The translations under genes and the position numbers were made by a program. Shown piece after piece: positions 1 to 15,925 of a stretch of DNA of 64,000 nucleotides. The notes beneath the pieces are model-generated. The model saw only the letters and a program-made list of their open reading frames with translations. It had not been told where the DNA came from and did not search any database. Position 1 is the stretch's first letter, and the number at the start of each line of letters is the position of its first letter. The DNA lies in contig ADNK01002363.1 in assembly GCA_000320545.1 (NCBI GenBank), positions 1-64,000 on the forward strand, written 5' to 3'. This DNA is from Bigelowiella natans CCMP2755 (Eukaryota > Protista > Cercozoa).

Positions 1-121
1 TTTGTGTTTATATGATATACATTATAGGGACATTAATGTCCATATACGTGTATTCCGTCTACTACATGTGTACATCACACGTATAGGGACATTAATGTCC
101 ATATAACATGCATATGTGCGC

Positions 122-157
<36 letters not shown>

Positions 158-269
158 TATTTTTATTACTTTCGTCGCCCCACCACCCAGAACGTCTCTT
201 GGATCGACGTCTGGCTCTAATGATAACAATAATCCGCTTGGTGACGATGACGACGTTGGTGATGATGAT

Positions 270-3044
<2,775 letters not shown>

Positions 3045-3525
3045 CGTTGGACACGACGCCCACTCACAGCGTTGCAGTCACGTCGCCCTTCGCGGATCCT
3101 CTCCCTTCCCGTATGTTCGCTCGGGCTCGCACTCCCCGCTCTCTCGATCGGGGCTCTGGTCTGCCCCTTGTTGGCTGTCCCGAAACCGTGCAGGAGAGGG
3201 GATTTAAATTTAAAAACACCATTGATTTCACTACTACGACACGTAAAAATCGTGTCGTCCCTTTCAAAATCAAGCGGGTTTTATCGTTCCGAGCTCCGGG
3301 GCACAGGAATTAGATCTATCTAATGGAAGCAGTAACATGTACATGTAACCGGAAACATCCACCTGCGGGACCGTCAGGCGGCGAACGCAGGGGAATTTGA
3401 TGAAAATATTGCGATATATCTTGTCGTATACGATAAAATTACCGGGGTTCTTTGTCTGTCGATGATCTTTTCTTCTCCGTTAAGATCAGTTGTTGTCGCG
3501 CGCCAGAGCAAGACAGAGAGCTACG
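3045..3525. promoter_or_regulatory. Putative bidirectional promoter
   Basis: CpG-rich, microsatellite-free ~480 bp between divergent ATGs at 3044(-) and 3526(+). Contains an 8-bp inverted repeat ACGACACG..CGTGTCGT at 3236-3258. Confidence 0.4.
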
Positions 3526-4018
3526 ATGAGGAGGGAGGGGGCCGAGCAGAGCAAAGGAGGGGGGAGCAAGAACACCGGCCAACGCAGTGCTAAGAGCAGC
3601 AGCAGTAGTAGTGGCACCATGAGCAATGCCCAGATTCAGACTAACAAGGTCATCTGTATTAGGAGGCGTGTAGCGACCGGGGCGACTAGCTTTTAGTATT
3701 TCATCAATTGCCCCCCCCCTGGACTCACCGGGAGAATTATTGCAGGTTATATTCGGCCGTCGAGTGACAGAGCAGAAGGTAGAGGCAGACCGAAGCAAGA
3801 AAGCAGAATCGATCTCCAAGGCACTATCACCACCACCGAAAGCAGACACGTTCCCTCATGAGCAGCTCGCGGAAGAAGATGGGGAGGACCCGGTGCCTTT
3901 CAGAATGCAGGTTGTTTGCCCTATAGAGCCTGCCATAGTCGTTGACGATTCACGACTAGCGACATGTATAGTAGCATAGTTGATGAGAAGACTTACTTCT
4001 TTACGAATTGATGACTGA
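3526..4018 (+). CDS. Small hydrophilic hypothetical protein, 108 aa, 3 exons
   Basis: Exons 3526-3648, 3746-3910 and 3980-4018 join through two phase-0 GT-AG introns (MRREGAEQSK...QTNK/VIFGRR...PFRMQ/LMRRLTSLRIDD*). No family recognised. Confidence 0.5.
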
Positions 4019-5817
4019 TCGTGTGCTCCCTCGCGTGGAAAGGGTGACAAAAAGATGTACACAAAGAAGGCATTGGCAAAGAGGAAGGAGCTCAGGTCGG
4101 TTTCGTGGGTGTATATGAGGCACTAACTCGATCCTCCCCTCGCGGTCGTTTCATTTATGTCTCCCCTGCGCGCTGCTGCATCATTCTGGCATTTTTGTTT
4201 CTATCGCCGCCCTCATTTGGACACACACTGAAACGATTCGTCACCTGCCAGCCAAAACAAGGACATATTAGCATCGATCGACAAAATATGGAACGCGCTG
4301 CCAACGAAAGAGCAGAGGCTCGATAAAGAAAACGTATGCATACACCCCCCTCGCACATGTGCATCGTAAATACTTCTAACTACGACAAACACATCTATGG
4401 GATTGTCTCATAACCCCCCCCCCCCCTTCCCAACCCTGTGTTCCGATTCTTATCATATAGTACACCAAATTTTTCATGAGGGTCTGCAAGACGCTAAACC
4501 CGGATATGGAGTATGAAGAGGTACCGGTTTCTCACTGCATGCGAAATTATTCCCTACTCCTGCTACCACAACTAACTGACGCAGTCGCTACTACACCACC
4601 ACCACCCAACTACCTGATATACTACTAAATTTACTACTACTGCTTTTACTGCTACTACTAGTAGTAATGCCATTATTGTTGTTGCTGCGACAACTAACAT
4701 TATGGATGCGGAATCTGTCTTGCAAGCGATGACATTGATGTACACCCCTCAGGCTGTGGAGACTGTGCAGGTTTGTCAACGAAGAACGCCAAGCATCTCC
4801 TCGCATCACGAGCTATTCTGACACTTGACGATTCTTCTACTCTTCTTTATGTCCCTCCTCTGAGCATGATGTGCTCCATTTGTGTTACAGAAGGACTTTT
4901 CGAAAGACTGCGGTGGGAAGGACTTCCTAGATCAGGTGAAGCCAACTTAGTAGTGTGATGGTTTTAGTCGTAGTGATTCGCAAACTCGACGTCATTGTTT
5001 CATCATCCAAACAAACCATTGAAAGCTGGCTTGAGCAATTACTTCACTGTTCATTGTTATTTTGATTCATACGTCTCGTTGCATTGATAGGGTGGGTTCC
5101 GAAAATCGATGTTCGAGCTTGTCGATCATTGGACGTTAGACATCAGGTTGGTTGTGAATTGATTTCCCATGCTGCCTCTGCTATGCGTGTTCACAAGTTT
5201 GTGTGCTCTCTGCTATTTTTTGGCAAAATGTGCCGTCCGTCAGTGTCGAGGAATACGTGCAGTTTTTGACACTGTTGCTCTCGAAGATGTGACATATTTG
5301 GTAAACGAGCCGCGCTCTGACGCGCATTTAGTCAGGAAATAGAGCTCGCAAACAAAAAAAAAACACATGCATGTTGCTCACCCTCAACGTTGCATACTAG
5401 CATGGGCCCTCAAATCTAGAAATGTGATTGCGATTGGCTATTAGCACAGCATTTGCATGCAAAGCGCGCATGAGCCGCTGGATAGTGCTCTGCTGGCATT
5501 GAGTTCATACTAGTACATTTAAAGTTCATTTCACTTCACATGCAATTTGCTACACTTGTAGAGTCATGAGCTGCATATTGGTATCTAGGTACATGCGCAT
5601 GCTCAGATGTCAGTCACTGGAGCACAAAGTTGTCTAGTTGTAGCTGCAACAACGCGCATGCACTGAGTTTTTGGGCATTGCGTGGTCTCCTCGTAAAGAC
5701 TTAGCAAACAAATATTATAATTGTTTATGCATTCACCTTGCAAAGTGTATGGATTATCCTCTGTGTCGAGTATATAGCTAGCACCACACTATGATATATC
5801 GATGCAAATTATTCGCA

Positions 5818-7305
5818 TCATTGCTGAACACTAACATTAACCTGTCGTGTGATAACCTTAAAGCCTAATGTTGGCATGAATTGAATGCCAGGTGTGGTAA
5901 CACAACCGGAAATGACAGGATGATATACCCCGTCTTGCCTGATTGCACCCCAGCAAGACATTGTTTCTACACCTCCAGTACCGGCAGATTCTCCAAGATA
6001 TGCCTGGGCATCGGTAAATGAATAGAGAATCTCTACACATGCTATTCTGGGAGACACTCCTCTGGCTCTAGTAACCAAAAGGTTGCCTCCTACGGCCCTA
6101 TCCATACTGCCATTACTAGGAGCACCTTTGGGTCGAAGCCCAGTGCCAAATGCCGCAACGTGTTCACACATGGCGGATGAATTGCATGCCACGGGGCAGT
6201 TCCTCACTTCTCCTGTTCCGTAAAAGTAATATCCAGTGATCATAGCGTACGATGTATATTCATTAGCATTTCCAAGATTTGTAGTTGAGCTAGTCGGGGG
6301 TAGCATTCTGACATTGTAAGCTATCAATTTATTGGTAAACCGCTCTTCCAACTCAGATCTTGTGGTGTTGAGCATGAATTGTGTGTTGTTGAGCATGGAT
6401 TGTTGACCATCTAGCATACTCTGCTGAGAATTTATGAGTATTCGCTGTCTCCAGAGGTCCCTTCGCTGTCTTTTGAGGTCCATTTGCTGCTTTGTAAGTT
6501 TCGACTGAGTAGCATTGAGGAGCTTCCACTGTCTTGTAAGGCCCATTTGTTGTGCTATGAGGCTCCTTTGCTGATATGTGAGGTTCAATTGAGTAGCATC
6601 GAGGAGTTTTTGCTGTCTTGCGAGGTCTAACTGAGTATCATCGAGGAGTCCTTCCTGCGTCACAAGCCTAAATTGAGTAGTAGTGAGCCTTTCTTGTTGC
6701 ACTGTGAGGTTATATTGCTGTTCATCTAGAGTCTCTTGCTGCATCTGAAATGCATCTTTTTGTCTCTGAAGTTGTGAAAGATTGACCAGAGAGATAGAGA
6801 AGCTAGCAATGGCAAGTGCGATAAAAGCCAGTTCGATGAGATTTCTCACTCTACTATGCCAAGTGCTCAAATAATTTGTACTATGGTTCTTTAAAAATCT
6901 TTTCAACTTGATTCTGCCTGCTACATGTGGAGCAAGTAGTCTGAAGTCTGACTCATCCAGTTCTAGAAGATCTACTGTGGAGAATCCATGGCGCATGATG
7001 TTGTCTATCACGGATGGCGGAACCTTAGCCTCCCTAAGTTCCGTTTGAAGAGCTTCATTATGCGATTCTAAACTGCCTTTGGCTTCGAACCCCTCCTCAT
7101 CGTTCAACAGAGCTGTAGATACTTGTTCATTTCCATGATTCAGTTGTTCTGCAAACGATTTTGAATCAGGGGATTTGCCATGTGGCTTGATCATCCTCCT
7201 ATCTGCTCCATTGATAGATTCTGCAGGGTTGTTTTCTGCACCTACAGAACGCAGAGCGTAGGAAGCTGCAATGTTGTCACAATTAGGTGGTCGAGGGGAG
7301 GCCAT
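5818..7305 (-). CDS. Type II membrane protein: SAM-like domain, TM helix, Gln-rich heptad coiled-coil stalk, Cys-containing C-terminal head
   Basis: Intronless ORF, first ATG at 7305. LREAKVPPSVIDNIMRHGFSTVDLLELDESDFRLLAPHVAGRIKLKRFL fits a SAM pattern. LIELAFIALAIASFSISLV is a TM segment, followed by ~150 aa of QQxxLxx heptads with N-glycosylation sequons. Confidence 0.8.
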   Translation of the reverse strand: MASPRPPNCDNIAASYALRSVGAENNPAESINGADRRMIKPHGKSPDSKSFAEQLNHGNEQVSTALLNDEEGFEAKGSLESHNEALQTELREAKVPPSVIDNIMRHGFSTVDLLELDESDFRLLAPHVAGRIKLKRFLKNHSTNYLSTWHSRVRNLIELAFIALAIASFSISLVNLSQLQRQKDAFQMQQETLDEQQYNLTVQQERLTTTQFRLVTQEGLLDDTQLDLARQQKLLDATQLNLTYQQRSLIAQQMGLTRQWKLLNATQSKLTKQQMDLKRQRRDLWRQRILINSQQSMLDGQQSMLNNTQFMLNTTRSELEERFTNKLIAYNVRMLPPTSSTTNLGNANEYTSYAMITGYYFYGTGEVRNCPVACNSSAMCEHVAAFGTGLRPKGAPSNGSMDRAVGGNLLVTRARGVSPRIACVEILYSFTDAQAYLGESAGTGGVETMSCWGAIRQDGVYHPVISGCVTTPGIQFMPTLGFKVITRQVNVSVQQ

Positions 7306-8619
7306 TGTGGCTTCCTGGAAGAATTCAAAGGTACCCTCTCTCGATGACAAAAAACAAAATGAACAAAAAGAATTGAGACATTAAGTCGAGATGTTCCTGT
7401 GCAAAACACCGTCGAAAGTTGCACTGTGCTACCACTCGGCTTCTAGACTACTCCCGAAATGCATGCCTTTTTCCAGTGGTCAAAAGAAAAGAAACAATGG
7501 AGTAGGGATGAACGTTTGCACAATCGTTTTTCATTCGCGACAACGTCGAGACATCATTTGGGCTTACGCCCGGCATCAACGCAAGGCGATGAGCCATCAC
7601 GAATGTTTCTTTGTCCCTGGGCAGAGACCCAATGGATGATTTCCGTGTATTTTCGCCTTAAAAAAGCCAACAAGGAGTGATGACCGAAAGGTTTTTTTGA
7701 ACAATGTCGGAATACTGACGGGGACTCCGTTGCCATCGCTTTTGTTACCCGCACGTGCGATGATAAACTCAATGGGCAGCGTTTGAACCGAACGACAACA
7801 CAGAATTCCGTCAGAAGTAAGACTACCCCTTACATGCACGGCCGCTCTTACACACTACAACGTGTCTTCTTGAATCTATTCAAGACTCTCCTTGGAGCAG
7901 TGATGGATGGACGGACGGGAAAAGTTTCAAATTCGTCAGATGTAGTTTGATTTTGAAGGTACGACTTAAAGCTCGGGGGAATTTGCTTTGTCGCAGTGTC
8001 AAAACTGCTGCGTTTCGGCTTGATTTATTCTCAAATAAAATCATTGACCAATACTTTGACTGCGGAGATCCAAAAATGCAATTTGCAATCATGTCAACGC
8101 AGACATCGTGACCACATCTCGATGACTCGACTTTTGGGTAAGCCTATCCCTCTCACCCCGTTTCGTCGTATGCAATTCGTTGTTCTGCGAGTGCGTCGTG
8201 TGATATTTTATGCCGAGAGTACCTAAGATTGTAAACATAGACTGCCTAGCTAACTGACATGGTTCACGTGGCATTTTGTGACTTCTGGATAGTTGTGCCA
8301 GTTTTCCCTCTGCTCCTTGCTGGCATTGCCGTTCGGCTGACTGAAGCATTTAGACCTCCCCAAGGCGTTTTGTTGACAACTCCAAGATTTCATGGGGATG
8401 ATTCAAAGGTGTAGCTATGATGACAACATGGCTAAGCATCATAACGCATTGCACTAAAATTGTAGGTTTCTTCCGGAATTCATCCGATTTTTCAAAATTC
8501 AAAAGCTTCATACTCTCTGTATATAGCGTAACAAATTAAAAATTCTCTTTTTATCCTCTCTTCAAATGTACGATTTGTTATTGCTTAACCGGCGCTTTAA
8601 ATCTGTTTTTTTCAAAAAG

Positions 8620-9493
8620 TCTTCATGCTTCAAAGGATTCTCTTGGCATATACGTTATTTCACTTCCAACACGTGTGAAGCGTGTGCGCTCGTTTTTGGA
8701 GTTTGCCGGGTTAGAAAAGTTTGCAGTCATTGAAAATGCAGTACTATGGAACAGTTTCAAATCGCGCATCCTGATCGAGAGCGGACAGGTCAAACTTTAA
8801 AGTCAGATTCAGAGCACCCAACATGTTACTCTTATTCGATTTTTAGTTGTCTCAAAGAGTAAGGATGAACAGCGGGGAAATTGCTTGTAGCTTATCCCAT
8901 CGAAAAACAATGGCTGACTTCCTCGCAAGACCAGAACTCACTCACGCTGCGATCTTTGAAGACGACATCTCGCTAAATTCCACTCTGTTAAGTTATATGA
9001 GGAACCAGCCAACAGGTTTTATTCTGTCGATTTATTTCACCTGTTTATCTCATTCTGTCGCTTCCAATCAGGTAATTCTGTCATTGACCTTCTAGCGAAA
9101 CTTGCAGCTACCTCTGAAACAGCAGGATGGGATGGTTTGAACATGGGAAGATGTTTTGACCATTGTGGAGGGGAAGTAATCCAGAGCGGCATCTTGGGAA
9201 AGTTTGATATTGAAAGTTCCTGTCATTCACTATGCACTCACGCATACATAATGACAAGGAAGGGAGCGGAAATAATGAGAAATTACACAAAACCAATTTT
9301 AACCACGGAAGATCGAATACGTGTTGCTCTTCATCATGCTGGATTGATGAAGTATTACTCAACATCACCGGCAGCATTCGCCCAAATTCCACAGTCAAGT
9401 GACGCCATTCATCCAAGCCAAAGACCTATGGAGTGTCGGACGTACTCAGGAGTTTGTGATGAGAATTTATTCATTCTTGAGTCACACATGTGA
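8620..9493 (+). CDS. Glycosyltransferase family 25-like protein (5' end unresolved)
   Basis: Exons ~8620-8788, 8847-9014 and 9072-9493 splice in frame. Motifs YVISLPTRVKR, GEIACSLSH, IFEDD and CTHAYIMTRKGAE. Confidence 0.8.
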
Positions 9494-9730
9494 GTCAAGA
9501 TTTTGGGCTTAAATTCATACAGCGCATGAAATCATGACGTTAAGTCACCATTGAACAACAAAAATTTGATGCTGCAGGATTTTGTCGTTCCTAAGTGAAA
9601 TTCAAAGCAATGGGAGGTCACTTGAACAATGATTCGGCCAACGTCTGGATGTGCTTTCATGTGCAAAATTGAGATGGATTCTGAACTGGACTGACACATG
9701 GTAGCTCTGAGAGTGGCCAAACGTTAGGAT

Positions 9731-10170
9731 CAAGAACAGTGGAGAGTGATTGATTTTTGTTGTCACATGTGCTCACGTGGTGCACTCATGTTGATTTCAC
9801 ACTGATTCTCACACATCTGATGAGTCATGCAATCTTGTGAGTCACATGCTAGCATGCTAGCATGACCCATGCCATCATGCATCCCTAATTTGCAACTTTC
9901 ACTCACCTTTGTTGTCATCATCGCATCACATCATGCATGATGTGCGAACGAGCCCTGTTCACACGTGCAATGCTTCATGTGATCGCATTTCATTGCCGTT
10001 CATGCTAGCATGTGTGCCATGCCGCAAGTCCAGACAAGCGTTCAGCTTTGATCATCATCGAATCATCCTCGTCATCTGTGAGCGAGCCTGAGCTAGATCT
10101 TTGGATGTGGTGACACCACACACACCACACCAATCACAAATGTTCATGATCTTGTGCGTGTGCTGCAAGT
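9731..10170. other. TpA-depleted tract
   Basis: Hand count: 5 TA in 440 nt (4 CTAG, 1 CTAA). Confidence 0.9.
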
Positions 10171-10404
10171 CATTAATTGTCAATTGAGAACAAACTTTGA
10201 TGTTTCATGCACTGTGTGTCTGGATATTCACTGTTGGTATTAACTACTAGAATGCCCTAATCTACGACGCATCATACGCGTGTTGATAAGAAATCCTCCG
10301 CCCTAATTTCAAAATACTTCTAATATAGAGTGACTTAATGTTATTGTGATATAAATTATTTTAAGTTCAAAATTCATACACGTTGGCTCTCGTAAACGAG
10401 CCTA

Positions 10405-13400
10405 TCAAACCATAATTTCATCTTGCTTTCCATCCTCTTCAGCAATTACTATTGTTTCCACATTAGAATCATGCTCGCTTCCAACATCTCCCTCAGCTAT
10501 AGCAACCGCCAGATGTTCGTCAGCTGATGTTGCCACTTGTTGTAGTCTAGCTGCTCTTCGGGCTTTGGCACGTTGTCGTCTTGCATCTTCCCCCTTTGAG
10601 GAGGCATTGACTTTCTCATTAGTTACATTACTCACCCTAGATGAAGTTTGGTTTTGACTGGTAGGTGATTTACCTTTGATAGCTGCCCACAGATCTTGCT
10701 GTTTGGGAAATCTTGCAACCAATATGCCGGAATCATTTCGGTGCCTTGTGGAAGCAGCTCGACTATTATTCACTTGATGGTCGACGGTTGTGTCCTTTGA
10801 TGACGATACTTTTAGTTGGTGACCAATACCTTTCATGGGAAGTGGTTCATTCTCCGTTCCAATAATGGTAGAAGAAAGGTCGCCATTGCCCTCATTACTC
10901 TTTCGTTTATAGTTCTTTTTGTGTTCCGCCGATCTTCGACTCCGCCTATTAACGTATGTATTTTTAGTTGTTGGGGACAGGGTCAATTCAACGTCGCCAA
11001 TCAGCTTTGAAGCCATCCGAGCTGCTTCTTGTTTCCTGAGAAACTCTTCCCTACTCGCCTCCTCATCATCGTCGGGAAGAATCACAGGTATATCATTGCT
11101 CTCGAGTAGTTTACTTCCCACTTCGACTTGGTCGACCCTTGCAATCTCTTCTTCATTTCCCAGATTTTCATCACTATTTCTATCCTTTACATTCCTCTCA
11201 CCTACTTCGACCTCATCATCAGCAAGTTGATAGCTACCAGTTTCTGATAAGGCAACACTAGCTGTAGCTGTACTTTGAGACCCCCTTTTCTCTCCATGCT
11301 CTTTACGACTTGTGATACTGGGGGATGCATTTGTTGAATTTGGACTTTTTAGAACTCCTTTTTGATGACTTGCTGCCGTGCAGTCTACTCTTAAGCCCTC
11401 CTTTAAGTCATTCTTTGGAGTCGGTCGAGATTCACCAAAAGGATGCGGTTGATACTCGATGTTTCTAGTTTGCGACTTGCTATCATAATCTTCATCGATT
11501 GAGAATCGTTGACTGTTTGCAACTGAACTTCGGTTACTGCGAATCCTGTTACTCATGTATTTTCTTTCTGCATCGAGAACTTCTAAACTCACCTGGAAGG
11601 GAAAAACCATTACAACCGTGACGCAATTCCGGTTTGTGAATTTACCTGTAGTGAGTAAAGTGCGACACCAGGTGAAAATCCTAGATACTCTGATAGTGAA
11701 GATGAGAGGGCGTCTAATGTATTATAGAGATCCGATTTTGTGTCCTTTGCTTCCTTTATCAAAGACCTTAACGAACGAAAATTATCAAAATATTGCGATA
11801 ACATGTCGGCTAAGTTCATGACAACTTTTGTGATCTTCTTTTGGAGCGGTGATGGAATTCGCCCATCTTTTGTACAGCTTCAATAAATTTGGAAAACCAC
11901 TGGATTATTTCTCTTAGATTATCAAGCTTTGCTGCAAGTCTTCGGTATGACTGCGAAACTCTAGTCTTCCGAGATGGAGTCTTTGATCCTTCCTGTTGAT
12001 TTATAATTTATACTTTTATTGATATATCGAATTATGTGCTACGTCTTTAATGCTGCATTACAGTTGACTGCGTCAAGTCTGCCCTTTCTATAATTTCAAG
12101 GATAACCTATAGAATATAATAATCCTATCATGTATTATTTCGCCACAGATACACCCATTACAGTACCTTTGAACCTATAACTTCCCATGATATTTCTACC
12201 AAATCTTCACATGCAAATTTTCCGTTCGGGAGAAAACGGATCAAAAAAGTAGGCGGGGCTAAGTCCCTATTAGCTTCTATCAGTCTTGACAACGAGGATG
12301 CACTAGGAGTTTCACAGATGACCTGATGATCCATCATGTGACACGGAATATCCCACATGCAACTTGAACTTACTTTAATAGATGCAGCCACCGTATCTGC
12401 CAATGCATCCCAATGGGAATCTGTAATTTTGATAGTGCATTTTCCTTTTTTATTGTATTCACCATTGTTGATCTCTGAATGAAAGAAGCTTTCGAGAGGC
12501 TTCGAATCAGCAAGCTTGTACGTGTTTACAGCTTTTTGATCATCTTCTTCATCTTGTTTTGTGTTGCTGACCCCAGGGCTCGAGTTTCTGTTTATTTCAC
12601 CTTTTCCCATTTCGGGAAGGACTTCTGAAATTTTCCCCAATATGTATGTCAAATACCCATGCTGGTGTAATGCTACGCTCTCCATTCCTAACCTGATCGT
12701 ATTTCTTTTTTTTAGATGGAGACTCATCTTAAGCGATTTTGAATTGTTTATTGCGATGTGGTATCCTACCTCGCTGCAACTGAAGCCTTTACAATAATGT
12801 CCAGCGAACGTTTGACGAATGATTCACGAGTTTTAGGGTGTCCTTTTGTATTTGATGAAACATGAACATTTTTCTACAAATGAAATAGAACTGATAAATT
12901 ACTCAACAATGTTTCAAGATCAAGCATTCCAAGAACTAAGATTGTCTGATGAGCAAATCAATTAACATTTTAACTTTATTATAAGCAAAGTTCTCACCTG
13001 GCGCAGAAATAGTATTGCCAATGATTGTTCATCCTCAGGGTCCTGACCACCTGACTGTATATGGATAATGTATTCGGAACGGAAACAGTTCATGAAATGA
13101 TAAATACAATGAATATTTTCAGGTTGTCATTGAACCTTCCTAGAAGCAATGCTTGCATCTTCCTTGGGGACATCAGTAACACAAAAGTCATGCAGATGAA
13201 GCTTCCACCTTACTCTAATATCAATTTCGTCAGGCAGGATTGGTCTGCAATTTTATCTATTAAATAAATACCTGTTGGCTACCAACTCTGTCCGAAATTC
13301 TACATCATAGGTTAGGCGGTGTTCAAAATTTTTCATTTCTGCCACCCAATTATTTGAGTCTATAGATCTCTGTGCAATACAATAAAATATTAAATCTTTA

Positions 13401-13700
13401 AAATTAAATTTGAGCATTGTCATTTCCAATACAATATATGCATAACTTAGGAAATGTTTGGCTCATTATTTCCACGTTTTGCAATGGAAGATAATAAATT
13501 CGTCCCAATGAAATTGACAAACCAATTTTGTGAAGATGTCCACAGACTTCGGCAGCTGACACATGAAACACATTAAACGAAAATCTCGGGGAAAGAAAAT
13601 ATTTACAATTTTTGAAGGGCCAACTCCTTCACGTTGCTTCTCTACAGTTTCATATGAACTAAGAGCAGAATTATCACCAATTAATGGCACGATGGACATC
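10405..13700 (-). CDS. Multi-exon hypothetical gene with a long disordered C-terminus; possibly disrupted
   Basis: 401-codon terminal ORF entered through a splice acceptor near 11592, plus coding-like segments at 11610-11990, 12158-12790, 12998-13370 and ~13470-13700. I could not join all segments in one frame. Confidence 0.5.
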
Positions 13701-14589
13701 ATCATTCATTGCAAATCATGGAACACTCAGACCCTGCTACACAACAAATCTTTCGACACAGTCTTCCGATTGCCTAGATTACAACAAGTAGAATCTCAGC
13801 ACCATTGCTTCGGCGCAGTAAAAGCCAACGTGAAATCATCACTACAACATTCGACCTGGCAACATGAGGAAGCCATCCTTCAAACTTGACCAAGTTGTTG
13901 CTTTGCGGTCCGACACCTGAAGAAAACCGGTTTTCCGAGTCATCTCCAACAACGGAGATTATCCGGAGAGTCTCCTATATCATCCACTGATGCTGATTGA
14001 TGGATGATGCGTCTTGTTTTTTGCGTGATGAGGAACATATTTCTCATACCGCCCTTTCTCCTGAATTCCCGCCTTGGTGGGTGAACATTGGTTGTCGTAG
14101 GCTGACTGAAGCCTGCGTTTGGTGGATAATTGATCTCGATCAGTGGCACCAACGATGGGGTCCAACTCAGCGATGATTTATGGCCCGAGCGATTTTACGA
14201 AGGCGGGGATTTCCGTCGTCCTCTTCGCATATCAACTTTTCCTTACTTTTCGAGATCGGGGAAAGGTTGAGTTAACGAAAATCTAGTGCAGAGTTAATCA
14301 TAATTCACCTCACATGATTACTCATAGGTATCAAACACCGCGATAGTGAGAATCCGACGGGCATCCCTTTTTGCCTGGCCTCCGATGATCATTTACTACG
14401 TGGTACAACTTCACTCAAAGATTAATATCGATTCTCGTGCACAAAATTACTTTTTAAAATATCAGGGAGCCCATGAACCTCTGAGATTGGGCTGGAGAAC
14501 ATACATAATAACTAATTCACTGTTTACGGTTACCTCAAATTCAATTATAGATTTCTAAATCGTAATATAGAATTTCCATTTTTTAGGTC

Positions 14590-15298
14590 ATTCTTTTGGA
14601 TATTCTGCTGTATTTAGCTCTTGTTGTATCACGGGCTCAGTATCGAATTACCAACAGATCTAAACTTATTCCCAGCATTGGACCAAAGCTTATTGCAACA
14701 GGTGCCTAACAAGGTTGATGGAGTAACTTTGACTCAGACTTACTTTGAATTAGGAATTATAATCCTTTCGATGTCCTTCGTCACTGCAGTTGTGGCAGTA
14801 CTTGCAACAAATAGGATCGCCTTCAACGTAATCCGTCATTTTGGAACTGCTGTAACCCTGTCACTAGGCGGAAGTTATTTCGTATATACTCTTGTCCGTT
14901 TGAGGTTTGCTATCCTGAAATCAAGAAAGTCTCTTCAAATGGTGGTCAAACCAAACAAGTCCGATTTAAAAGCTTCTGAAGTCCTTTGTACTGGTCCTCC
15001 AACGCAGCAAGAGGACGAGGGAATGAAGATTGTTAAGGACCCTCGAGAAATAATAGAAAGAAAAATTTTGAGAAAGATGCTTGTCTTGACTATTTCTTGT
15101 ACAGTCATCGCACCAATTGTAATTACATCCTCCGTTTTTACTGGAATCATACAGCTCCAGCAAGGATTAACCTACAGCGAGGACAATGACCTGGAAAATG
15201 ACAATTACATGCCAGTGTTGGACTTCACCACTTGGCTTGCCATGATTGTCAATGCGCTCTACATGTACTACGCCTATTTTGGTCACCGTAGAGCTTAG
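14590..15298 (+). CDS. Multipass (7TM/GPCR-like) membrane protein, 3' exon
   Basis: 225-aa ORF with four hydrophobic helices and a long charged loop between two of them. Acceptor TTTTTAG near 14586. 5' exons not resolved. Confidence 0.6.
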
Positions 15299-15300
15299 TG

Positions 15301-15925
15301 ACTTTGTGAATTGTTTCATGATTCTGACAGCAAATCTAGTCGAAGAACAAATGTCAGTGACATTCAACACGAACATGGAGGTTTCCCACTTTGACATTGC
15401 GATTTCTGTCGCTGATGCTTTGCACCTTGTGCACGTGAACGTTGCAGCGCTGGAAGAGGCTCAATGAACACGTGCTGGCGTGCGTGCAGAGGTGTCTAGG
15501 TGTGAAGCTTGTTCACGCTGAACAATGGACACAACTAGGACAGGTCAACAATCCAAGACGTGATCAGTCATTGTGCACAAACTTCGTGGGCATTGGAAAC
15601 ACCTGTGTTGCCACGTTGCAGTCATGGCTGACAAACACGCTGGCACGGCGTGCTGGCGTGCTTGTGTGGACGACAAGAAAGAACAAGGGCTGGACATCAC
15701 AATCGCAGAACTCATGTCGTTTGATGTGTGAAAAGTGAATCTGCGTACATTTCAATCAATTGCACTCCAACAATGTGAACAGCATGCGGTTGAATGCAGC
15801 ACGATGAGATGCACACCCTTCACACGTGTGTGGGCCATTCAATCTGGGTCCTGTCCTCATGGATTTGCCGTGACGTCTCGGACGAAATTGCACGCGGAAC
15901 AGGCCATCGGAAGCTCCAACAACTC
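15301..15925. other. TpA-depleted tract
   Basis: Hand count: 4 TA in 625 nt (3 CTAG, 1 GTAC). Confidence 0.92.

Noticed and set aside
23-105. CRISPR-like repeat-spacer-repeat
   Set aside because: Only two copies, eukaryotic context and no cas genes.
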